NCBI GenBank assembly: GCA_965213925.1
Contig: OZ243927.1
Location: forward strand, 512,001-576,000
DNA from: Trueperaceae bacterium
GTDB taxonomy: Bacteria > Deinococcota > Deinococci > Deinococcales > Trueperaceae
Direction of reading: 5' to 3'
DNA length: 64,000 nucleotides
Made by a program: the position numbers and the translations under genes. Positions 57,232 to 64,000 of this stretch are shown here, piece after piece (position 1 is the stretch's first letter; every line of letters starts with the position of its first letter). The notes under the pieces were generated by a model that worked only from the letters and a program-made list of their open reading frames with translations, had not been told where the DNA came from and did not search any database.

Positions 57232-59121
57232 GTGTATACGGGAAACCATCAACAGGGAATCGCCCTCGTGGTCGTTCTCCTTTCAGCGATGACGCTCCTA
57301 GTGACGATGCTGGCGATCACGGCGACATTGGCGCTCTCGAGCCAGCGGACGCTCACCGACGGGCGCGCCACGCTACAAGCGCAGTACGCCGCCGAATCCG
57401 GGTTGAGCCTCGCGCGCAGTCGTCAGCGCGACGCGGAAGAGGTCCTTAGTAACCTGCACGTACCCACTAATGTGGACGCGGCAACGATTGCGGCGCACGC
57501 CAAAAACTTCTGCGGTGCAGATACTCTGTATGACCCTGGCGCGGTGACGAGTTGGACGCCCGAACAGCGCAGGGAGGGCGTTCTCCTCTGCGAAGCTGCG
57601 CCCGTGGACGAGAGCGACGAGACTCGCTTCTCACTCTTTACGACCTATATCCCTCAAAACGTCTACCCGAGGGACGTCGCGCCTCGCTCCTATTGGCGCG
57701 AAGCGTTCGGGAGCGGCGGGGTCCTAGTAGACGCACGTATCGCGGTGGACGCGGAGCGCGGCGCAGAGACCTGGTACCGCGCCTCGTTCGGGCTCGTTCC
57801 AGAAGCCGTGCGGCTCATGGGGACCGACAACTACCGCTTCGACTTCTCGCTCGCTCCGGTCACGTCCACGGGCGAGGTGCGCGCAGGCGGAGAGGTCGTC
57901 GCGACGCGAACAGTAGGGCTCGAGACCCCAGGTCGCTTCGAGGTGAGCGTCGCTAAACCCAACCTGAACAGCTACGTCCTCTTGCGCAACAACACGCGCG
58001 CTCAGACGGGCGCTCAGCTTTACTTCGCAGGCGGCGAGCGTTACGACGGTCCCGTTCACACGAACGGCGCGCCGGGCTTTGCTAGGCAGGGCGAAGAAGC
58101 GCCCAAATTCTTCTCCACCTTTACAACGTCAGCGCGACGCGTAAAGCATAAGGGCGTGACCGAGGGAGACTACCCGGACATCTTCGCGGGCGACACTCTG
58201 GACAACTCGGAACGTTTCGGCGCTGACGCGCTTTCCTTACCGACGAGCAGCACCTCTCAACTCCGCGCCTCGTTCGGTGACGTAGAGGGGCACAGTGGAC
58301 ATGGCGATGTTCAGGGGGACGAGCTAGCCTCAGCCTGGGGCGTCGCCAGTATGGAGCGCGGCGTTTATTACAGTCGCGGCGACGGCGCGGAGGCGAACCA
58401 GACGAACCGCTGGCTCGGCGGTCTCTACATTCGCGGCGATGTGAGCGACCTGACCTTTACGACGAAGCAGGGGCAGCAAGTTATTCAGATCACGCACACG
58501 CCTACCGCTACTCAAGAGGTCGTTACGACGTTTCAGCAGGAGCGTGGCGGGTCCTGGACGGTGAGCGAAGGGGGGATCACCGAAACGCTCTCGGGCGACT
58601 TTAGCGGCGTGGTTTACGTGGACGGCGCGGTCGAAAGTTTGGGCGGGGACGGCACGAACGCCGCCGACCTCGCGCCCGAAAGCCAACTCATCTTAACGGC
58701 GACGGGCGACGTCACCATCCGGCGGAGCCTTACCTACGCCGCCGACCCGCGCCAGGATGAGGCGGCGCTCAATGTGCTCGGCATCTATACAGACAGGGGC
58801 AACGTTTTTGTCGATGGACCTCGTAACCGAGACCTCAGCGTACACGCTGCCGTGCTCGTTTCAGGGGAAAGCAAAGGGTTAGGGCTCGGTTCGGCGGGTC
58901 AAAGAGCCCGCTTCGTCCTCCTAGGCAGCCTCGCCGAGGACCAGCCGCAGCGCACCCGCACCCGCGGGGCGAACGCGGGCGGTTACGAGGTTCACCACAT
59001 CTACGACCCGCGTTTCGCAGACGGTTTCGCGCCGCCCTTCTTTCCGGCTCTGACCAAGTGGAGCAGCAAGGTCGAGCGGTTCAGCCGCGAGCAAGGTCTT
59101 TGGGACGTGAGGTCTCGGTGA
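57232..59121 (+). CDS. Large PilX-like / DUF4900 (ComZ-like) minor pilin
   Basis: QQG|IALVVVLL type III signal lacking E5; AQYAAESG; GPVHTNG; YDPRF..APPFFP. Confidence 0.8.
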   Translation: MYTGNHQQGIALVVVLLSAMTLLVTMLAITATLALSSQRTLTDGRATLQAQYAAESGLSLARSRQRDAEEVLSNLHVPTNVDAATIAAHAKNFCGADTLYDPGAVTSWTPEQRREGVLLCEAAPVDESDETRFSLFTTYIPQNVYPRDVAPRSYWREAFGSGGVLVDARIAVDAERGAETWYRASFGLVPEAVRLMGTDNYRFDFSLAPVTSTGEVRAGGEVVATRTVGLETPGRFEVSVAKPNLNSYVLLRNNTRAQTGAQLYFAGGERYDGPVHTNGAPGFARQGEEAPKFFSTFTTSARRVKHKGVTEGDYPDIFAGDTLDNSERFGADALSLPTSSTSQLRASFGDVEGHSGHGDVQGDELASAWGVASMERGVYYSRGDGAEANQTNRWLGGLYIRGDVSDLTFTTKQGQQVIQITHTPTATQEVVTTFQQERGGSWTVSEGGITETLSGDFSGVVYVDGAVESLGGDGTNAADLAPESQLILTATGDVTIRRSLTYAADPRQDEAALNVLGIYTDRGNVFVDGPRNRDLSVHAAVLVSGESKGLGLGSAGQRARFVLLGSLAEDQPQRTRTRGANAGGYEVHHIYDPRFADGFAPPFFPALTKWSSKVERFSREQGLWDVRSR

Positions 59122-59561
59122 TGCGACATGCACAGGGTTTTACGCTGCTCGAGCTGCTCTTCGTTTTGGTCATCCTAGGCGTGCTCGCCTCGTTGGGCTT
59201 CAGCACCTTGATGGAGGCGCGGGGAAGGGCGCAGCTCGAGGAGGCGACGGTGCAGTTTGCCGCCGACGTGCAGCGGGCGAGGAGCACAGCGCAACGTCAC
59301 AACAGGAGCGCCAGCATCGCGCTAGGCGAGGAACTAGGACGCTATACGCTCACCCTAAATGATGTCACACACGAGCGGAGACTTCCCCATGACGCTCAGG
59401 TAAGCGTAGAGCACGGCAGCGGCAGCGTGACCTACAGCGCCCCTTTCGGCGAGGTCAATGCGCTGAGTAGACGCTTCACCATCGCCTCGGCGCGAACGGA
59501 GCGCGTGCGCTACGTCAAGGTGATCGGCGTGACGGGCAAGGTGATCATCAGTGACTTCTAA
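59121..59561 (+). CDS. FimT/GspH-like type IV minor pilin
   Basis: AQG|FTLLELL N-methylation motif; ARSTA. Confidence 0.88.
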   Translation: MRHAQGFTLLELLFVLVILGVLASLGFSTLMEARGRAQLEEATVQFAADVQRARSTAQRHNRSASIALGEELGRYTLTLNDVTHERRLPHDAQVSVEHGSGSVTYSAPFGEVNALSRRFTIASARTERVRYVKVIGVTGKVIISDF

Positions 59562-60066
59562 ACGCGGTCTCACCATCGTCGAACTGCTCATCGCCACGGC
59601 GCTGCTCGGCTTGCTCATCACGGTCGTCGTCGCGCCGCTGACCGACCTCTTTCAGATGACCGGGCGCAGCACCCGGACGCTCAGCGGAACGACCCGAGCG
59701 CAAGAGACCATAGAGGATATTCAGGGTCAGTGGCGCGCGTATCCTGCCGTTCGCGACCCGCTCAACCCGACCCCGCAAGAAACGCGCAACGAGGCGGCGT
59801 ATAGGCGGAGCAAGGCGCGCTACGCCCGGACGTGCCTGGCGGATTTTCCTGCTGCGCCCGAGGGTTTAGAGGTAGAGGTCCGCGTGTGGGAACTAGGTAG
59901 GAATGCGGACGCAGGCGCAGAGCTGAGCGTCAAACGCGGGCAGACGTGCGGCGGCGGACCTCTGCCCGACCCACCTCCTATGAAGCGCGTCACCGTTACC
60001 GTCACGGCGGACAACGACGGCGACGCCGAAACCGTCTCCCTCACCGTGGACATTCCTCGACCATGA
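59551..60066 (+). CDS. PilV-like type IV minor pilin
   Basis: KRG|LTIVELLIA. Confidence 0.85.
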   Translation: MTSKRGLTIVELLIATALLGLLITVVVAPLTDLFQMTGRSTRTLSGTTRAQETIEDIQGQWRAYPAVRDPLNPTPQETRNEAAYRRSKARYARTCLADFPAAPEGLEVEVRVWELGRNADAGAELSVKRGQTCGGGPLPDPPPMKRVTVTVTADNDGDAETVSLTVDIPRP

Positions 60067-60845
60067 ACCGACAACACACGCGCCAAACCGGACTAACGCT
60101 CCTAGAGCTTCTCATCGCGGTCGCTATTTTAGGCGTGCTCATGCTCGCCTTTACGCAACTCTTCGGCGGCTCGCTCCGCGCCTCGTCGGATATAGGTGCC
60201 CGCAACGAACTCCTGAGCGAAGGGCAGATCGCGCAGCAGCTCATCGTCTCGAGGATCAAAAGTGCCTCGCACGTCTATCCACCAGGGACGAGCTTCACCA
60301 TGACCAACACGGTGCGGACGCGCAACACGGTACGCGGCACCCAGCGCTGGACCGTGGGAACCGACCCCGTCCTCGCGATGATCGTGCCGCCGGAGGGCTC
60401 GAGTCACCCCGGTATCACCACCTGCAACAACAGCACGCAGGCAAACAAAGACATGTGCTTTATGTTTTACGCTTACTTTCCGGTTCGGCGCGGCGTTTTT
60501 ATAGAAGAGGTCAACCCCAAGTACGCCCCTAACCCGGACCCCGCCAACGACGACGTGTGGCTCTTGATGGAGTACCGCCAACACATCTACGACAAGGTGA
60601 ACCGCCGAGGCAACCGCCTTGCGAGTCCACCGGACGCGGACGCAGCACTCGCCGATTTAGGCGGAAGTACGGCGCAGATTTTGGCGGACTACGTGCAGCC
60701 GGTAGCGGACGCTGAAAGCCGACTCTTCGAGATTCGTCCGGACGGCGCGGTCGAAATCACCTTGCGGATGGGGCGTGAGCAGAGAGGTAAGAGGCTCGAG
60801 CTGCCCCCACTGCGCGTGCGCGCCTACGCGCGTAACGCGCCCTAA
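60063..60845 (+). CDS. PilW-like type IV minor pilin
   Basis: QTG|LTLLELLIA; ATG overlaps the upstream stop. Confidence 0.85.
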   Translation: MNRQHTRQTGLTLLELLIAVAILGVLMLAFTQLFGGSLRASSDIGARNELLSEGQIAQQLIVSRIKSASHVYPPGTSFTMTNTVRTRNTVRGTQRWTVGTDPVLAMIVPPEGSSHPGITTCNNSTQANKDMCFMFYAYFPVRRGVFIEEVNPKYAPNPDPANDDVWLLMEYRQHIYDKVNRRGNRLASPPDADAALADLGGSTAQILADYVQPVADAESRLFEIRPDGAVEITLRMGREQRGKRLELPPLRVRAYARNAP

Positions 60846-60891
60846 ATTCTTCACAGCGTCGCGCGGCTCTGCCGACTTTTTCACAAACACC

Positions 60892-60908
60892 CTTCATAAA
60901 ACCTTAAA
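60892..60908 (+). promoter_or_regulatory. Direct-repeat box CTTCAT-N5-CTTAAA
   Basis: cttcataaaaccttaaa upstream of the second pilin cassette. Confidence 0.5.
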
Positions 60909-61012
60909 AAATGCGTCCCTCACCCGCTTGGGGGTGACGAGACAGAGCCTCAACGCTCTACACTTTTCCTACATTGACCCGCCCTCTCACCTGAGCGGGC
61001 GAAAGGAGAAAC

Positions 61013-61459
61013 GTGCACAAGAATAGAGGCTTTACGCTCATCGAACTCCTCGTCGTATTAGGTGTGGCGGGGATCGTGATGGGCATCGCGGCGGTCAACC
61101 TCAGACCGCTCTCCGGCGACTTGCAAGCCGCCGCCAACGAGGTCGCCGGCACCTTCAAGCAGGCGAGGGCGCGGGCGATGGTAACGACCTCGGCGCACCG
61201 CGTCGTGCCGAGCGCCGCAGGCGACAGGCTCATCGTCCAGTTCGCCCCGCGCTGCAACTCACTCAACTGGACGACCAACGACAAGCTCACCCGCACTCTA
61301 CGCGAGAAGGTCACCCTCACTGCCACAAATTGGGATGTCTGCTTCGACGCGCGCGGGCTCGCTGAACTCGGACAGAACTTCGGCTTGAGAGACAAGGATG
61401 GTAAGACCGTCAACATCCGAGTATTCCTCGGGGGAACGGTGGAAATCAACAATGACTAG
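61013..61459 (+). CDS. FimT/GspH-like type IV minor pilin
   Basis: NRG|FTLIELLVVL; ARARAM; FDARG. Confidence 0.9.
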   Translation: MHKNRGFTLIELLVVLGVAGIVMGIAAVNLRPLSGDLQAAANEVAGTFKQARARAMVTTSAHRVVPSAAGDRLIVQFAPRCNSLNWTTNDKLTRTLREKVTLTATNWDVCFDARGLAELGQNFGLRDKDGKTVNIRVFLGGTVEINND

Positions 61460-62126
61460 GCGCAGGAACAACCGCATTAACAAAAGACCTACGGGTCACG
61501 CGGGCTTTAGCATCATCGAGATGCTCGTCGCGCTCGTGATCTTGGGCGTTGCGCTCACGAGCATTTTGCCCGTTTTCATCAACTACGCCAGCGTCAACAG
61601 GAGCACCGAAATTCGCGCCGAAGCGGTCAGCGCCGCCGAGCAGGTGATGGACGGCTTGCGCCAGCGCAACTTCGGTCAGTGGAACGCTTTCGAGGCGCAG
61701 GTCGAGGCGAGCGGCATTCTGGTCGCGACGGGCGAAGCGGACGACACCACAGACGACGGTCGTACCTACGACATCGCGATCGACCGGTGCGACGAAGATT
61801 TAGGTCTCGGTCTTTGCAGCGGCACTCAGCAGCAGCACGTACGCGTCACCGTGCGCTTCAACGGGGAAGAGCAGTACAACGTGACGACGGTCTTTACGAA
61901 CGTGCAGAACAACCAGCAAGCCGGACAGGGCAACCAACAAGGTAATCAACAAACGAATCAACAGGGTAGTCAAGCCGGGCAAAATAACCAAAGCGGTAGC
62001 ACCAGTGGAACTAGTGGTGAGGACAGTAACGCAAAGGGTAAGGACAAGGATAAAGGCAAAGACAAGGGTAAGGATAAAGGCAAGGGTAAGGGCAAGGACA
62101 AAGGCAACAAAAAGGGTAAGAGATAA
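61452..62126 (+). CDS. PilV-like minor pilin with Q/N-rich and KG/KD-repeat C-terminal tail
   Basis: HAG|FSIIEMLVAL; low-complexity tail. Confidence 0.85.
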   Translation: MTRRRNNRINKRPTGHAGFSIIEMLVALVILGVALTSILPVFINYASVNRSTEIRAEAVSAAEQVMDGLRQRNFGQWNAFEAQVEASGILVATGEADDTTDDGRTYDIAIDRCDEDLGLGLCSGTQQQHVRVTVRFNGEEQYNVTTVFTNVQNNQQAGQGNQQGNQQTNQQGSQAGQNNQSGSTSGTSGEDSNAKGKDKDKGKDKGKDKGKGKGKDKGNKKGKR

Positions 62127-62746
62127 TGACAGCTCGAGCACACCGCGCAGGAGTGACCATCGTCGAACTGCTGATCACTATAACGATCGGCGTCGTCATC
62201 TTAGGACTCACCTTTACCATCGTCATGGCGAACCGCAACCTCATGACGGTCGACCAGGTCAACACCGAACTCAAACAGAATTTGCGCATCGGCGCGGACA
62301 TCTTAGGCGACGACTTGCGCGTCGCCGGGCAGGGCATCCTCGTTCCTTCGGGCGCTCGAATGCCCCTCACGATTGCGAACAATGTCATCACGATCCGGAA
62401 CGAAGTGCGCGAGGAGGATGGTGGCGTCTTGATTGATGTCGTTTACCTGCGGCGCTACTGGCTCGACAACGACATCCTTTGGTTGCGCGTTTTGAGGTCC
62501 ACAGACGGCGGCGCGAACTTTGTCAATAACAGAGGAGACCAGGGCGTAATCAACAAGGTTTCAACGATGAACGTGCAGGCTGTCTACCAAGGTGGAGCCA
62601 GTCTGCCGACGCTCACCTCGCCGAACAACTGGAACAACCTGAGCGCCGTCCAAGTCCAGCTTATCGGTCAGACCGATGTTCGCGGCGAAACCTATACGAG
62701 AGAACTCACCTCGAGCTTCTTCCCCCGCAACGTCCTCTCCCAGTAG
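62126..62746 (+). CDS. PilW-like type IV minor pilin
   Basis: RAG|VTIVELLI; DLRVAG; C-terminal FPRN. Confidence 0.88.
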   Translation: MTARAHRAGVTIVELLITITIGVVILGLTFTIVMANRNLMTVDQVNTELKQNLRIGADILGDDLRVAGQGILVPSGARMPLTIANNVITIRNEVREEDGGVLIDVVYLRRYWLDNDILWLRVLRSTDGGANFVNNRGDQGVINKVSTMNVQAVYQGGASLPTLTSPNNWNNLSAVQVQLIGQTDVRGETYTRELTSSFFPRNVLSQ

Positions 62747-62773
62747 TCTTTTTCAGCAACGAAAGGAACAGGT

Positions 62774-64000
62774 ATGAACAGACATCCCTCACGCAAGCGT
62801 CACCAGGGCGGCTTCGCGCTCATCACCGTGATGCTCCTCTTGGCGGTCTTGGCGGTCATGGTCACCGCGTACTTCATGCTCACGCAGATCGAGATGACCA
62901 CCGCCGCCTCCTCGCAAAACAGCACCTCGGGCTTCTACGCAGCCGAGGCGGGGCTCAACATCCGCGGGCAGGAACTGCGCAACACCTTTGTGGGCTTCGA
63001 GCAGCCCGGGGGTTTATCCCCGAGGAACGACCGCAACGAAGAAATTCGGGCGTGTCAAGCCTTTTCGGAGGACGGCGCGGTTGTCGAAAACGAAGGCGAA
63101 GGGCATTTCGCGTGCGCCTTCCACGATAACATCACCGCCACACGCAGCGTCGTCACCTACGTCACCGAACCCGGCGCGACCCCAGGCACGCCGCAGGAGC
63201 CGCAGACGACGCGGCTCACAGCGGGGCTCTTTCAAGGTCTCAACGCGCAGGAGTTCGTCTACGACGTTCACTCGGAGTCTTACCGCGTCGGCGAAGACCT
63301 CCCCGAGGCTAAGCTGCAGACGACCTTCCGCTCCCAAGTCGTCCCGCTCTTCCAGTTCGCCGCTTTTTACGACCAAGACCTGGAAATTGCGCCGGGTGCT
63401 GATATGACGCTGGAAGGCCGCGTCCACAGCAACGGGGACCTCTTCATGACGGGCAACCCGCTCAATATCAACGGCAACGTCACCTCGGCGGGTCGAATTT
63501 ATGGAGGCAGTAAAGTCGGCAGGGGGTGCGATGAAGACTTCGCGGTGTGGGGCGAAAGCATCTCCTGCTCGAACGGTGAGATTGACAATGAAACCCCAGG
63601 CTATACCGAGTCGGAACTCGAGGCGGTCTGGCAAAGCAACGAGGTCAAGCAGGGCGTCAACCAAGTTCAGGTTCCCGAGCCCGAGTTTCTCGACCGCGAC
63701 CCCGAGAACGAGCAAAAAGAGGACTACTGGGAGAAGGCGGACTTGCGCGTCGTCTTGAAAGCTTACAAGGTGGGGACAAGCACGCTTCATCTACCCGAAG
63801 TTCAAGACGTCAAGGGCAATAAGATGACGGGGGCGACGAGCTTGATCCGAGGCGGGTGCGCCAACGAGACTATCGGGACTTCGGACACCTTCTTCAACAA
63901 CCGTGAGGGCAAAGACATCCGTATGCTCGAGGTGGACATGGACGCGCTACTCACATGCATCGACCAGCACTCCGGCGCTACCGAATTCGATATCGACGGC
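62774..64000 (+). CDS. Large PilX-like minor pilin (runs off window end; absent from the ORF track)
   Basis: MNRHPSRKRHQGG|FALITVMLLL (no E5), GFYAAEAGLN, PLFQFAAFY, GRVHSNG; RBS gaaagga. Confidence 0.85.
   Translation, partial: MNRHPSRKRHQGGFALITVMLLLAVLAVMVTAYFMLTQIEMTTAASSQNSTSGFYAAEAGLNIRGQELRNTFVGFEQPGGLSPRNDRNEEIRACQAFSEDGAVVENEGEGHFACAFHDNITATRSVVTYVTEPGATPGTPQEPQTTRLTAGLFQGLNAQEFVYDVHSESYRVGEDLPEAKLQTTFRSQVVPLFQFAAFYDQDLEIAPGADMTLEGRVHSNGDLFMTGNPLNINGNVTSAGRIYGGSKVGRGCDEDFAVWGESISCSNGEIDNETPGYTESELEAVWQSNEVKQGVNQVQVPEPEFLDRDPENEQKEDYWEKADLRVVLKAYKVGTSTLHLPEVQDVKGNKMTGATSLIRGGCANETIGTSDTFFNNREGKDIRMLEVDMDALLTCIDQHSGATEFDIDG

Overview
GC-rich bacterial chromosomal window, most likely Deinococcota (Truepera-like). 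This is inferred from Deinococcus-type intergenic repeats and the PilX/DUF4900-type minor-pilin clusters; no search was run. Contents: (1) 0.2-5.3 kb mixed genes, including an LVIVD+PA-domain secreted protein and a LinB/Lnu-family lincosamide nucleotidyltransferase homologue. (2) About 5.8-37.6 kb, a large interrupted Wzx/Wzy-type surface-polysaccharide locus: GT2/GT4/WecG-type transferases, Wzy, Wzx, a catalytically degenerate Wzc, a WbaP-like priming transferase, UDP-xylose synthase, GDP-mannose 3,5-epimerase, an RfbF/C-methyltransferase/RfbC/DUF4910/PIG-L module and two paralogous CBM-like + beta-helix lipoproteins. (3) 38-57 kb housekeeping and redox genes (msrB, cysK, eukaryote-type UDP-HexNAc pyrophosphorylase, REC-TrxR fusion + cNMP histidine kinase, mpg, scpB), decayed genes and orphan ORFs. 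(4) 57-64 kb, two tandem type IV minor-pilin cassettes. No rRNA, tRNA, CRISPR array, integrase or transposase was recognised. The strongest non-obvious signals are non-coding. One is a nested repeat system: ~210-320 bp TA-bounded double-stem elements with covarying ends and variable mini-hairpin cargo, plus a 24-bp mini-element sitting inside heptamer repeats. The other is a co-oriented YTTCAY-N5-CTTAA direct-repeat box upstream of EPS and pilin genes, a candidate shared regulon.
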